Of a stretch of DNA of 64,000 nt, positions 13,520 through 31,360 are shown one piece after another. Both the position numbers and the translations under genes were made by a program. How positions within the stretch are numbered: the first letter of the stretch is position 1; every line of letters begins with the position of its first letter. A model generated the notes under the pieces. It did not search any database, was not told where the DNA came from, and worked only from the letters and a program-made list of their open reading frames with translations. The stretch lies in assembly GCF_009914755.1 (NCBI RefSeq), contig NC_060930.1. One strand, 5' to 3'. This DNA is from the human T2T-CHM13v2.0 reference genome, Homo sapiens.

Positions 13520-13755
13520 ATTTGGTTCATTAAAAATACTTAGCAATGAGTACGTTTAAGTTACAGTGATAGACCCCATTGGTAACACAAAGATGAGTAA
13601 CATACAACCTCTATCCTCAGAAAATATAGAGTATACAGGTGTATGGCCAACTCTAACAAGAAGCGTGAAACGAGTACAATGAGTTAATCTGAAAACTCAG
13701 AGAGAGAGAAATTGCTTTCAGTAGGAAGATCTGGGAAGGCTTTATGGAGAAGTTC
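13520..13755 (-). mobile_element. L2 3' fragment
   Basis: TTCATT...AACACAAAGATGAGTAACATACAACCTCTATCCTCAG...GATCTGGGAAGGCTTTATGGAG resembles antisense L2c. Confidence 0.5.
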
Positions 13756-14039
13756 AGCTCCTGCTACATAGCTAGTATCCAGTAAGTTTTTGTTGCAGGT
13801 TAAATGGGGCTGCACGTGAACCAGGTCATCCAGGACTAGTAGGAATTAGTCCGCTTGAGTTGAGACAGTTGGAGATGAAGGCAGAGAGAATTGTGTGGAC
13901 AAAGGTGAGGCATTTTGGACATGTACAGAAAAGAGTCAATGGCTAGCCAAATCTGACAGCCCCAGGGGACCTCTCTCATCCAGCTGTGGCCATTTGGCCT
14001 CTGCTTCCAGCTTCATGACGGTCACTTGGACCCTGCATG

Positions 14040-14041
<2 letters not shown>

Positions 14042-14092
<51 letters not shown>

Positions 14093-14110
14093 TGTGCATG
14101 CGTGTGTGTG
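14042..14110. repeat. (TG)n microsatellite, ~24 perfect units plus degenerate end
   Basis: Directly visible. Confidence 0.97.
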
Positions 14111-14289
14111 TCTCAGATCTGACATTCAGGTTAAGCCTTGATTGTTAACCAGGTCTTTTCTTGTTTCTGAGCCTCACTGCAGTTCTAATCTCTAGATTTC
14201 TGTGCCATTTTCTGGACCAGAGCCCGCATTTAGTAAGCAGCCTGCACTCTAATTTCTCTCAGATATAAAAGTCCTGCCTCATTCTTGGT

Positions 14290-16035
<1,746 letters not shown>

Positions 16036-16229
16036 CTAAGTTCATGTAGAAAGTACATTTTCAAGGAGCTTGGAAAGGAAAAGGAAGAAGAGGGCAGGAT
16101 GCGGTGTGGCTAAGGAGGCAAGGTGGAGACAAAGATGTCTTAGAAGGAGCTGGCGGTCTTGCTTGAAGGCCAGGAGCAGAGACCCAGAGGAGAAGTTAAA
16201 TAATAACCATCTGCCTCAGTCAGAGAGGA

Positions 16230-16566
16230 AATGATGCGGGAGAGGACTCTGAAAATTAGGTCAAATCAGGCAAATTGTGGAGGGAAGTTGAAACATGGAG
16301 TAGTGACCTGCAAGGGAATGAATTTCCCAGGTGTCTTTTTTTCTTTCTTTCTTTCTTCATGGCTTTGCCCTGCAGGTGGCTTTAAGCACAGAGCTGGGAA
16401 AGTGAGTCCAAGATGCAGGCTGCTACAACTCAGATAATAACCATCTTTCTGACCTGAAGAACTAGGTAAAGGGGCACTTGGGGGCCAGAGAGTATGGAAT
16501 GGAGAAACCTATGGAAGGAGATCCCATAATTTTGTTTGTGAATTCACACAGGTGCATGCATGGATC
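16230..16566 (+). mobile_element. L1MC/MD-type 5' UTR fragment lying between L2-like pieces
   Basis: CCATCTTTCTGACCTGAAGAAC...AAGGGGC...GGAAGGAGATCCCATAATTTTGTTTGTGAA resembles recalled L1MCa/L1MDa 5' UTR; flanks 16055-16190 and 16570-16770 look like antisense L2. Confidence 0.45.
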
Positions 16567-17580
16567 ACATTGCAGACTCAAGAAGGAAGAGATGGGATTC
16601 AGTACATGGTGGGTGTGGCTTAGAGGAGAGAAGGGATACTTTCTTCTCTGAGATGGAGGGAGGGAGGGGAAAATGAGGTTAATCCCCAGAGCTTTGGGGG
16701 TGAACAGAAAGGAAGCTGAGTTGGCTGATATCTAACATCCTACTAAGATCACCCGCCAAGAGTAAGAGGGGGCTGGGTTGGGGTCCAGGACTTACGAAGC
16801 CATCTTTAGCTAATCAAATCCTTGTGAAGTTTAAATGGGCTTCAATCCAGTTGCAGTGCTAGTATCGTTTCATCTGTGACTGAGGCAGGTTATCCTATGT
16901 ACCTTTTAAACCAGCACCATTCCGCCAGGAGCTAAACGTCAGTGCAGAACTCATCAGAAGAGAACTAGGTCTAAACTTGAGTAACATGTGCATTGCATTG
17001 TCCCTCCATTTCCAGAGTTGAAAATGGCTTTGGGGAAAAAAATCATACAATTATAATATGTGGACCACAGAAGAAAGAAGAAAAGTTAGCAATGTTCTGG
17101 GAATGGTGCCCAGCTCTTTTATGACTCTGAGTAGTAAAGTTACAGCTTGCCACATGCAAACTTGTTGGCAGAATGCAAACTGAAGCAATGCTCAGTCAAG
17201 GCCTCTCACTCATCTATTTCATTTGTTGCCAGCATCACCATTATTAATGAAGAGCGACTGAGCCTCTTGGCAGGTTTGAGTTAGTTCTGATGTAATTGTC
17301 CATTATCTCTCTTGTAATCACTTCCATGCAGTTCAAATTCCTCCCCTCTATTTCCTGAAATCTGACTCCCAGCACTTCAGTTCTGGGTGCACCAAAATGC
17401 CAAGTCACTTCAGATCGGATTTCTTCTGACTCTCTGAGTACTCCACTCTGTGCCTCTCCCACTTGCTGAGAAAAATCACTTAGAGAGTCAATGGTGATTC
17501 CATTTCTATTAACCAAGGTGCAGTCTCAACATTTTCCTCTAGGCAAAGGTACAAATGACACATTTTTTCCACGTGTGGTT

Positions 17581-17583
<3 letters not shown>

Positions 17584-17613
<30 letters not shown>
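17584..17613. repeat. (GT)15 microsatellite
   Basis: Directly visible. Confidence 0.96.
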
Positions 17614-17615
<2 letters not shown>

Positions 17616-18104
17616 GTGCTCTAAGACTGTTTTTTATTAAAACAAAGCAAGAGCTACTTCCTGTGAGAATTGATGTTTTGTTGTTCAAGGATGGGTTTTG
17701 TGTTTCTATGTTAAAATCCCTTGGCCTGGAGTCAGGATTGGTGGTGGTGGTAACTGACTGAAGATTCACCCCAGAGTGTCAGCTATAGTGATCTCAACTG
17801 AAGATGAGGATAAGGAAAAGAGAATAATTTATTAGAGGATGGAAATAACTTGGAGATCAACTACCAACCACAAACTACTGAGTTGATTAGTTTAAAATTA
17901 TCGTACTGAGCGATGATCTCCTCTTGACTTTAGTGAGGATTTAATAGACGTTCTAGTCACCCAGGTAATCTTGATTTTTTTTAAAAGTGAATTCCAGTGT
18001 CGTATGATCATAGGACACTATTCTCATTCATGAGTTTTTGTTTCATAAGTAAGAATCTCATGGATGGGTTTATGAGCTCAAGAAGGAAGCTAAGCTGTAG
18101 ACTC

Positions 18105-18285
18105 CTAGATATTTAAGGCTGAAAAAAGTAGGTTGAAATCCTCTTGTCCAACTCTTTTATTTTATAACCACAAATGGAAACACAAGAGACATTAAGCAAC
18201 TTGCCAAAGGTCATACAGCTGGTTACTGATACAGCTGCAACTCAGATGCATATGTGTTTGCTCCCTGTGTATGTGCTTTCCATCC
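18105..18285 (-). mobile_element. MIR/MIR3 fragment
   Basis: TTAAGCAACTTGCCAAAGGTCATACAGCTGGTTA core. Confidence 0.65.
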
Positions 18286-19654
18286 AACGTACCTTCAAGA
18301 TTCACACTTGTCTTGCTGCCTTTGCTTTTTCTCTTTCAGTTGAAGGGTTGGAGGCAGTGGGACGTGGGAAGAAAGAGAATATTCACAGAGAGAAAGTCCT
18401 CTGAAAAGCAGTTGATTTCTCTGAAGGAAATGGCTCAAAGATGTTGATGCGAACTTGTTGTAAGATTTCCATTCACTGAAGAGGAAGTCCGTGATCCTCA
18501 CTCCCAGGAGGGATCCAGGGATCTAGAGACTCCTAAGACCCTCCAATATTTAGCGATGATGTCAGACCAGTGATTTTCTTGAGCTCACAGCACAAACTGT
18601 TATTAATGTTTCCTGCCCATGTACCTCCTCCCACAATGTGCCAACACACACAGTTCATCATCATCTGATGATGGACATGCTGCAGATTGAAAGTTCAGAT
18701 TCTGTAGGTGTCCTTAGACTTGGTTAGTGTGAGAATGTCCCCTTGAAAACAATCTCCAAATAAATGAAAAATGCTGGTGACTTCCAGGCAAGTTAGAAAA
18801 TGAGTTCATTTAGGTTTTCAATGACCATCCTCTCTTCCTCAAATACATTCATTCTCATCCACATGGGCTAGTCTCATGAAGACAGAACCAGGTCAAAATA
18901 GTCTCTCAGGGGTTATTTAGGACATAACACTACACAGTGTTGTTAGAATGGTTAGAATCAGACATTTTCCAAGTTAAGGTTAGGGAAGACAGAGAGTCCA
19001 GGTGATACCAGAAATTCAGTCTCGGGGCCTGGCATGATGGAAATTAAACTGGCCTGACCCAAATCACTCATAACCACCAAACAGCTGGCATGAGTTAAAA
19101 AAAAAAAAAAATCCTGATTCAGGCCTCCAGGAATAATTTTTTGGAAATCTCTGAGCACTTGTTCTCATTTCCCAAATTCCTCTTCTTCCTTCTTCTGTTG
19201 AAGGAACCAGACATAGGCCATCTGGGCAAGAGATTCCAAGAAAAAAGGTAACTCAGCCCTGCTAAACAAAGACCCAAGACTCATTCATACAGAGGCAACA
19301 GCCTAGAACATGCTTCTTGTCTTTGCTGGGAATGCCCTTCTTCCCATCCATAGATATACCAGTGGCTGCTCTTAAACTTCATTTTTTAACCAAATTAGAC
19401 AATCAATTTGTGGAAGGAAAAGGAGGGTTTAAAAAGGAGCCTCAAGGCCCAATCCCAGTGGGAACAAAACCACAGCTATTTGTAGAGACTGAAGAATGTG
19501 CTTTTAATCTCTTATGTCTAAGGATTTCATTCTCCAAAATAATCTCTATAGTCATCCCAGTTTAAAATTCTGTTTTTATTACCCTGTCAGGTCTGTACAT
19601 TGTAGTCACTGCAGCTTCTTTTACTTGGACTTGGACACAGCTTACATCTGGCAC

Positions 19655-19810
19655 CTCATACTCAACATGTGGTCCATGGACCACGATCAACAGAAGTTTG
19701 TAAGAAATGTGAATCTCAGGCCCTGCCCCAGATCTACTGAATTAGGATCTGCATTTTAGCAAGATGCCCCAGGTGACTGGTGTAGGAACTTGAGTTTTAG
19801 AAGTGCCACT
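19655..19810. mobile_element. MER5A (hAT-Charlie MITE)
   Basis: CTCAACATGTGGTCCATGGACC...AGAAATGTGAATCTCAGGCCCTGCCCCAGATCTACTGAATTAGGATCTGCATTTTAGCAAGAT...CCCCAGGTGA. Confidence 0.8.
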
Positions 19811-20839
19811 CAACTGGACTCTCAGAAAATCAGCTATGAACCTGAAAATTTTCATCAATCTTATTGTGTTTTGCGGTCTACATAAGTTAAAAAAAAAACT
19901 AAAAAAATCTGCTTGTTGTTTCTGATATGCACACATATAACAAACTAACAATGTGTATATGTATAAATATGTGTGTATATATATAAAATATATAAATATA
20001 ATTCCATTTTTGTATGAAGATCCATCCTTTCAGTAAGGAGCTAAATATGATTAGCTCTGTAATAAATTTCTCATATCTTCCAGTAACTAATCTGGACCAC
20101 ACCCACATAGCACCCATGCCAGTCACTGGTTAAATGGTGATAAGCAAAACATCCACATTTTCTGCTTTCCTGGAATTTACAGTAAGTCCACTAAGAAGTT
20201 TTCGCAATATCTGGAAAATAGAGACCATATATTTTACATCGTTATGTCTTCCAAAGGGTCTAGAGCTAGAATGGTGCAGTAAATGTTCAATAAACTTTTC
20301 TCAAGTTAAAATGATAATAACAGAATGCCTGGAAATTACCTGACTAATATTTTGCAATTGTTCAAGCTGTTCAGATGACACCCATCAGGAAGCTGAGAAA
20401 AATGTGGTTAGCTTTTAATTTATTCTGTTGCTTCTCACATTATTAAAGTCTAAACAATTTGTTAGGTTTTGTTTGTAACAAGTAACTTTCTAAATGCAAT
20501 GTATCCATGTTTTCAATACACGTAAATAATAGTTGGCTATATATGTTGCCTAAGCCTGTGTCTACATGGCAGGAGAAAATAAAGCAAGATGTTCAGCTGG
20601 AACTTGTTCTTTTTTTTTTTCCATATTGGTTTCTGCTTTTGTTTCAAGATGTGTGTGTCTGAGAGATTTCCAGACCACAGCTTTTGATTGAGTGACAGTG
20701 AGTCAGGTTCCCACCTGTTTTATCTGTAATACTTTCTTTGCAAGTTAAATAGAATGATGGAAAGATTATTTGGCTCCAATACAGAGTGATTTGAAAACAA
20801 CAGAAAAAAAAATTAGCTGGAAAATAGAAGCATAGGAAA

Positions 20840-20990
20840 AAATCACAGAGCTGGAAGAAACCTTAGATAAAGTCTAATCATGTTGGAAGAAGAGTAGGGT
20901 GAATGGGGACAGTCCCTCCCCCTCACTTTATAGATGAAGGAAAGGAGGTTCAGAAAGGAGAAATGACTTGCCTAAGGTCAATCAAGTTTT
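20840..20990 (-). mobile_element. MIR3/MIR fragment
   Basis: AGAGCTGGAAGAAACCTTAGA...CTTTATAGATGAAGGAAAGGAGGTTCAGAAAGGAGAAATGACTTGCCTAAGGTCA. Confidence 0.65.
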
Positions 20991-21199
20991 AGGGAAACAA
21001 ATAGAAGTGATTTTTGAAAGATGTCTTCAGTTTTATATAAAAAATTCTCTAATGAATGTACTAGTGGGCTTTTATTTTTATAACCCAGATATATGGAAAA
21101 ACTTACAAGGTAGGTGATATTTCCCTATGATATTCCAAGCTTTTGTTTCTATTTCCAGTTTTACTCTGATGCCTTTTCTCCAACTCCACCTTGTTGATT

Positions 21200-24135
<2,936 letters not shown>

Positions 24136-24139
24136 TTGA

Positions 24140-24310
24140 AAGCTTTAAAAATTCAAAACAAAACAGATATTTAGGTCTCAGCCCCAGCGATACTAATTCA
24201 ATTTGTACAGGATGGTATTAGGACAAAAGTTTGGGGTTTTTTGTTGTTGTTGTTTTGTTTTTTAAGATCATCCTTTTGATTTGAATATACACCAAAGTTT
24301 AGAATCTCTG
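24140..24310. mobile_element. MER5-family fragment
   Basis: CAGATATTTAGGTCTCAGCCCCAGCGATACTAATTCAATT...CCAAAGTTTAGAATCTCTG. Confidence 0.5.
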
Positions 24311-24414
24311 TCATAAACAAAGATACCTTCAGGCAGATATTCATTTTAAAATCTATTGCTACCCTTTATTGCTATCTTGCCAGATACTCTGCTAAATATT
24401 TTAAGGGTATTTAA

Positions 24415-24660
24415 CTTAATAGATAATGGTTAAGGGTTTATGTTCTGAGATGAGCTGTACCTGGTTTTGCATTCCTACCAGACCACCCATTGGTTGTGTG
24501 TTCTTCAATAATTTGCTTAATCGCCAAGCCTTAGTTTTGTATCTGGGAAATGGAGTAATAATAAAACCTACTTTAAGGGGTTGTTAGAAGTATTAAGTGA
24601 GTTAATGAAAGCATACAGCATAGTGCCTGGAATATAGTAAATATTCAATAAACATTATCA
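24415..24660 (+). mobile_element. MIR (MIRb-like), near full length
   Basis: AATGGTTAAG...GCCTTAGTTTTGTATCTGGGAAATGGAGTAATAATAAAACCTAC...GGTTGTTAGAAGTATTAAGTGAG...TAGTGCCTGGAATATAGTAAATATTCAATAAA. Confidence 0.8.
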
Positions 24661-26539
24661 AGTATTACCACTGACATTGTATAGGTGAGAAATTTGAAGC
24701 TCAGATAGGTTAGGTGAATTGACCAAAACTGCTTCATAGAGCTTTTTAAGTTACATCAACCAGACCCTGAAATATATAATATTACCCTCTGTAATTGGAC
24801 AGTTGGAAACATCTGAGAAGATCTTTTAAGACTGAAATTGTTCAGCTATAGTTTTGACTTTATGAAAAAGAAGTCTGTACAATTCATCTTAAATGTTCAC
24901 GAGTAACAATTAAAAAGGCAGCTTCTTCTAGGAAGCCCGAGTGATGATAATATGTGGGCAGAGTCACCAGTGGAGAGTATTTGTTCTAGAAACCTTCAGT
25001 GACTTATTTCCATATATGCGTATGCTTAAGGTTTTGCATGATAATAGAGAATAAGAAAATCTTGTGATTTCCTGGCCACGTAGAGTCCAGAAACAATGTT
25101 TTGTTTTTGTTTTTGTTTTTGTTTTAAGTTCTTGGACAGGATACATATAGGCTTAAGACTGTGTTCTGGAGCATCCATTAAATGGTTGCTAGACATATAA
25201 TCTATGCAAATGTATAGTATACATTATGATACAATATTTGTAATTCATGCATAGGGTTTTATTATCTAGGGAATTTTAAATTAACAAGGAACGCCTCCCA
25301 GGTTTTCCAAATTAAAGGCTTCACATGATATTTTAACTTATTTGCTTCCCAAAATGTACATTTAATTTTAATTTTCCTTTCTAGTTTTTTCTTTCTCATA
25401 ATTATTTAAAAAAGAAAAACATGTTTCTTCTAGGCAGAAGAGGTCCCGGTACTCTCCTAGAAGAAGCTCTATCATTGTAATAGGATTCCTTCTTTGAGAA
25501 TGAAGAATGGTGTCCGACTCTTATATTTCATCTGCCAATGTATTAATAGGAGTAGCTCTTAGGAGATCTTTATACCATCATGTAACATTATCCACATCAG
25601 AAACACAACATCTAGCATAAATTTAATGCACCTTTTAAAACCACAATGTTGAAATATTCACAAGCTGTAAATGTGTTCTTGGTCTGTATGTGTAGGTGGA
25701 GGGAGGCAAAGTTGTGGTAATAAAGTGGGAAGGCCCGGGAAGAACAGCTAACTGTATAGGGGTGAAATGACGCTGTTGATACTCAGGTGGTAAATGTCAG
25801 TATTTTTCCAAATTCAACTTTGACGTTCAGAACAATTATGTCACATTTTCATGGGGAAATAACGATTTCCTTACATTGTAATTTATCTTCTTTGACCTTC
25901 AAACGGCATTTTTCACTGTCTTTGTCAGATGTCCCTTTTAACTCTCAATCTTGAGGACTAAGTTTTGGCAAACAAGGATCTCACATTATCAACTTCATTT
26001 TAGTGAAGTCATATATTACAAGGAGTTGTTGGCAGCATGGCCTAATAAATACCTCCCTCTTGTGTAGAAACTAGCACAAGTACACATCACAATACTTGAA
26101 TAGGGGATCTTAGATATGATACATGACATAGTTGTAATGAGCCAAAGGTTTTCTTGGAAAAGACTGAGTGCTTATGAAGCAAGACAGAGAATCCTTCACT
26201 CTGAATTGCACCCAGCCACGTGTACAGTGCACATGAAGTATAAGTGGCTTTTAAAGCGTAGTACCTCTGCTAACAAAGGCTCTTTGAACTGAGGTTAGGA
26301 TAGGATGTGTGGGTTTGTATAAGCATCAGAGTGTTTTAGAAAAAACACAAACATGACAAGTTGGGTGGGGATTTCCATTTTCTAGTAGTATAACATAATA
26401 GTCTAGAAGCAGTTGTGTCTGGAAAAGAAAAAACAAACAGATGTGCACAGCTGATTCCAACCATACCCATCGTGGATTTCCCACCGTGTGGCATTTCTCC
26501 TGCCAGTTCTTCTCTTTTTAGAAGACAATATGGAGGAGG

Positions 26540-26740
26540 TGGAAACAGTTGGATTTAACGAGATTCAGTGTTGGGCCTGCCGTTTACCGGCATTGATGGG
26601 ATACATCTCTTCCCTGAGTCTCAGTTTCTTCATCTGTGAAACGGCAGAAAAACAGTAACGACTCACTAAGTCATTATGACTATTAAGAGAGGTGGCATTT
26701 AAAAATAACTTTGAAAACAATAAAGCTTTAAATATATGCT
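26540..26740 (+). mobile_element. MIR fragment
   Basis: CTGAGTCTCAGTTTCTTCATCTGTGAAA core. Confidence 0.65.
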
Positions 26741-26769
26741 GATAATAACAATGGTAATAATAATAAACA

Positions 26770-26970
26770 TTCATAATGCTAAACATTTACTGAACACTTA
26801 CAATATATCAGAAACTGCACTGAACATTTTTCATGCATCATCTCACTTGGTCCTCACAGCAACCTAAAGAAACAGGTACCAAACCTGATGCTTATCACCA
26901 AGTAAGGACTCAATAAGTCTTTTTTTAGAGGATCTCTATTTTTCAGATGAGAAAACTGAGGTTCTCCAGG
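26770..26970 (-). mobile_element. MIR fragment
   Basis: AACATTTACTGAACACTTAC...TCATCTCACTTGGTCCTCACAGCAACC...TTTTCAGATGAGAAAACTGAGG. Confidence 0.75.
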
Positions 26971-27123
26971 CTCGAGGATTCATTCATTCTTTCTTTCCTT
27001 CATTCATTTACTGTCCAAATACTTGCATTTAATTTTCCAGCTAAAGACTTCAAGCCCCTTGAAGGGAGAACACATCTCTCTCCAGATCACCAGAACCCCT
27101 GGACTGAATGAATGAATTTAGAT

Positions 27124-27332
27124 CAGTAGTTCTCAACCAGGGGTGATTTTGCCACCCAGGGTACATTTGGAAATGTCCAAAAGCATTTTTGCTTGTCATT
27201 TTTGCTTGGCCTCTACTGGGTTGAGGCCAGGGTGCTGCTCAGTATCCCACAATGCACAGGACATCTCCTCACACACACACACAAAATGTCAATATGACAA
27301 AATGTCAACAATGTTGAGGTTAAGAAATCTTG
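27124..27332 (+). mobile_element. MER20 (hAT-Charlie)
   Basis: CAGTAGTTCTCAACCAGGGGTGATTTTGCCACCCAGGG..CATTTGGAAATGTC...GAGGCCAGGGTGCTGCT...AAAATGTCAACAATGTTGAGGTTAAGAAA. Confidence 0.88.
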
Positions 27333-29960
27333 ATTTAGATATATGAACAAAATAGGAAAATAAATTAATGCACTTGCTGAACCGTCTTCCAGAACATAAC
27401 ACGTCATGCAAGCTCTCTCCAGTCATGAGAAGGTGCAAGCTCTCACCTGCCTCTGGTTTGGACCCTCAACATCATCCCTTCATGACCCTCATTCTTCTTT
27501 TTTGTGCTTGAGGAGACTTCTCCCAGCAGAGATTAGATGCTTGTGCTTAGCTAACTGCCATGATATGACAACTCAATAGAAAACCTGATAGAAATCCAGA
27601 CCAGCTTTTCTCCAAAGAAAATCGTCTCCCCCACCTACCTCTGCAAAAGATATTCTGCTAAAACAATCTCTTAGAATAGATCTGGTCAGTCAAAATGAGA
27701 AGAGGAGCTGATTCCAGCAAGTTTAGTATATGATTTGTTCCTGATTCTTTCAAACTTTCTATCTTTATATTTTCTTTTACTCATTTTCTGACCTATTAAT
27801 TTATTTTATCTTTCTAAATTATTCATATTTTTGTAAGGTATTCTTAATCATTTCTAGCATAAGGCAGGGAATAAACACATGCATCAAATAGCAAAGAGAG
27901 GCATACCATTTAAAATTGCTCCAACATTTTCCTTGTCTTCATTAGTGTTTCTTGAGCAGGGCTAGGATTTTTTTTTTCCTGTTAAGAATCACTAACTTAG
28001 CATAGAAAACTACAAGTAAACAAAAAAGCAACCAATAACCAAGTTTTTTTTCTTGGGGAGGGGTGGTGTTGAGTGAGCAGTGGCAAGATGGGGAGGATAG
28101 GAAAAGAGACCAGGGTGGAAGATATACAAGATATTTGATTCACTTTAAAATTCTGAGTAAAAAATACGCAACATTGATTAATAAATACAAAAATATAAAC
28201 ATGCTTCAGGTATATGCTATGCAAGGAAATGAGATAGTGCATAAGAAAAAGAGGTTGGGTAGGAGAAAGAGAAAGAAGAGGGGAAATAAAAAAGAGGGAA
28301 GGAGATGGGCGAAAGGGGAGGTGAGAGAGTGAAGTGGGGTAGAAAGGGAAGCAGGGAGGGAGGACCCGGGTGAGGGGATGGGAGAGGATATAAAGAGAAG
28401 AGAGGCCTGAGGATAGATAAAGGCCAACCTCTCCTGCCCACCCAATTACCATTCCCTGCAACACCCTCCCCCTTGTCTTGCCTCCTCAAAGCTTCACTCC
28501 TTTCTCATTTCTCCATTAGATAAAAATTCTGCAGAATGTCTGTCTGTACAGATTTTATGGTAGGACTTGAGAAATACAAAATGAGAATAATCATTTTTCA
28601 ACTCAATGTTTTATTAAATTTTTATTGCCTTCAGGAAGGGCAAAGGCTTTATTCTTTAATTATTTGCTAAGCAGTTCCCTCTCTTCCCACCCTCTCTCCA
28701 AAACTGCCAGCAAACCTCTTTCCTTTCACAGAATGAACCAGGACAAAACAGGCCCTGTCCACCTATTACTATTACTTACTTTCTCCAAAATAAATAAACA
28801 AAACACATACACACCAGAATTCATCTAAGGTGAAGTCAGAAACATTTGTTCAGGTATAAACAAAAAAAATTTAATTCCATTTTCTGTGCAACATTGTAAT
28901 TGATTTTCTGCAATTTTCAATTCTGTGGGTAGAAAATGGTTGGCAATTTTACACCCCCCATCTTCATGCACATGTACTAAATCCCATAATTAGTGTTGGC
29001 TGAGCTGATCGACACTTGAAATAATAGGTGCATTTTTTTAGACATGAAGGATGGTGCTTGGAGGTTAGTTATCCTCTGTAAAAATTCCTGGCAAATTAAT
29101 TACTCTGCTGTTGCACTGTTGAACATTAAATATTTGATCTCCCATAATTTCAACATTAAAGGCCTTTTCTAGTTTGTTGTGTTTACATCACCAAATCAAA
29201 ATGTCTTTGACTAAGCAAAGACATATTTAGCTCTTTCAAGATTCTGATAAACACCTCTAAAAATAAAACACAAATTTATCCTTGTACTGAGTATACAGTT
29301 GGCAAAACAATTTTGTTAAAGGATGTTACAGAAATCAGGCGATTCTTCCAGGGAAAAGAATGGTACATGTATCTTATAATCATGGTATGGGAAATCTTGA
29401 AGTACTTTGAAAGAATCATTCATTTTCTTGTAAAGGAAATGATTCTTCTTTCCCTAGTTCCTACTCCTTCCTGGTAACTTAAGAAGAATAAACAGTATCA
29501 CCTAAAATCGTGGAAAAATTTTACAAGCCATAATTATTACATGATTTGCAACTGCAGTTACTACTCAGAAAGCCATTCCTATATGTGACTCTGTCTCTAA
29601 AACTGTGTCACTGTGTCATAGACTTGTAGATGGTCCAAGACTATTGCAAAAAGGTTACCCAGCTCCTCAATACTGGATCCAGACTCTGTTAGCTGCTGCT
29701 TTATTTTCCCATTAGATTTCAATTATAAATCAATGTTTCAGAGAGGACTCTTCTCTCCCAAAGAATTGTCCACTTCTGATTGTTGGGATATTGAAATGTC
29801 ATTACTAGTAATGTATTCACACACTCCATAAGTGTTTACTGAATACTTTTTGGATACATAAGAAAAGAAATCACAATCCCTTCCCTAAAATGTTTGCAGA
29901 TTTGGTGTTGGAAGAAAGACAATTGAAGACAATTACAGATTTTAAAAGTCCACTAGTGGG

Positions 29961-30290
29961 CTGTATGATTTCAACTTGACGTTACGGAAAAGGCAAAGTT
30001 ATCGTGACAATGTAAAAGATCGGTGGTTGCTAGGGGTCAGGAGAGAGGGAAGGATGAATGGGCAGAGCACAGAGATTTTTAGGGCAGGGAAAGTGCTCTG
30101 TATGATATTATCATGGTGGATACTTGTCATTATATACTTATACATCCAAACCTGTAGAATGTATGATAGCAAGAGTGAACCCTAATGTAAACTGCCAACG
30201 CTGCGTGAAAATGATGTGCCAATGTAGGTTCATGGATGGTAATATAGGTACCATTCTAGTAGGGATGTTAATTACAGGGGAGGCTGTGGA
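29961..30290 (+). mobile_element. L1MC1-like 3' UTR fragment
   Basis: GTAAAAGATCGGTGGTTGCTAGGGG...CAGAGCACAGAGATTTTTAGGGCAG...CAAGAGTGAACCCTAATGTAAACT...GATGTGCCAATGTAGGTTCAT. Confidence 0.85.
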
Positions 30291-30552
30291 TGGGCCATTT
30301 TCCCTTCCTTACTCCTGACATCTTCCTTATTGTCTCAGCATGTACGGTCCTTCATATTCTTTAAAAGGCAATTCCAGTCTCACGTCATTCATTAAAAATT
30401 ATCTAACTACTCCAGCTCCAGCCCGATTGACTCTCTTAAAAAAAAAAAAAATTACTCCAGACACATATTATTTACATAACGAATCTGAGCCCTTAGCCAT
30501 TGTTAGGTACAGTGAATTGGCTTAGTTAATCTTTATTTCACCCTTTCTGTAG

Positions 30553-30725
30553 CAGAATTTCTCAACCTCAGCGCCATTGACATTTTGGGCCAGATAATCT
30601 TTTATTGTGGGGGCTGTCTTGTGTGTTGTAGGATGTTTAGCAGCATTCCTGGCCTCCACTCGCCAGATGCCAGTAGCACAGACCCGAGGTGTGTTAGCAA
30701 AATCATCCCCAGTTCAAAACCGCTT
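30553..30725 (-). mobile_element. MER20, internally deleted
   Basis: TTTCTCAACCTCAGCGCCATTGACATTTTGGGCCAGATAAT...GTAGGATGTTTAGCAGCATTCCTGGCCTC...CAGATGCCAGTAGCAC. Confidence 0.88.
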
Positions 30726-30744
30726 CTAGGGTACTTCACTGAAA

Positions 30745-31360
30745 CTTGGAGGCTAGAAAGCTGAGAACTATATGTCTCAGGTCCTGTTGCAGCCTTGATC
30801 CTGGCCAGGAACTAGGTTCTGAGAATTAGCTGAAGTTGTGCTGGATTTTTAAGGTTAAACTGAAGTGGAGATTATCTTCCTTTACTCTTGGCTGTTCTCA
30901 AGTGGCAAAAATGGAGTTGTAGAGATACAAAATATTTCTGCAGCAATATTCCACATCCCTTCTCCTGAGTGCTAAGGGCGAGTTGTGTGTATGTGAATGG
31001 GGAGTCGAGGGGTGGGAGGGTGGTGAGGCATGAGTGGTCTCGGTGTTCCAGGGCCCATTCTATAATCTGATGAGTGCCCCAAGGCAATTTCCACGGCCAC
31101 ACAGTGTTGGCAGCTACCTGATGTCTGAATAGCAGCTGTCAGAATGAGCTCTTGAACTTGACCAATCTGGTGGTGGCTTCAAAGGTACTAGTTTCCCTTG
31201 CGGTCAGTTCTATCATGTTCTAGGAGGTGGTCTCCAAGGGTCAGTGGAGAGCAGACTCTTCAGCCCTTCCACAATTTTTTCTGCACCTAGTTTACTAAAG
31301 CAATCTTTCCCCAAACTAAACAGTATGGTTTCTCTTTCCTGCACCGAACTCATGTAATGC
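30745..31360 (+). mobile_element. ERVL LTR (LTR33-like)
   Basis: GGAGGCTAGAAAGCTGAGAACTA...TTGCAGC near the start; GGTTTCTCTTTCCTGCACCGAAC near the end. Confidence 0.55.

Noticed and set aside
27600-27880. Possible L4/RTE-X 3' end
   Set aside because: Only a weak resemblance in the tail; cannot be supported without a profile search
27997-28489. 155 aa ORF, overlapping ORFs and a G3-run cluster (28354-28382)
   Set aside because: Caused by a purine-skewed low-complexity stretch; the G-quadruplex-like motif is isolated with no promoter context
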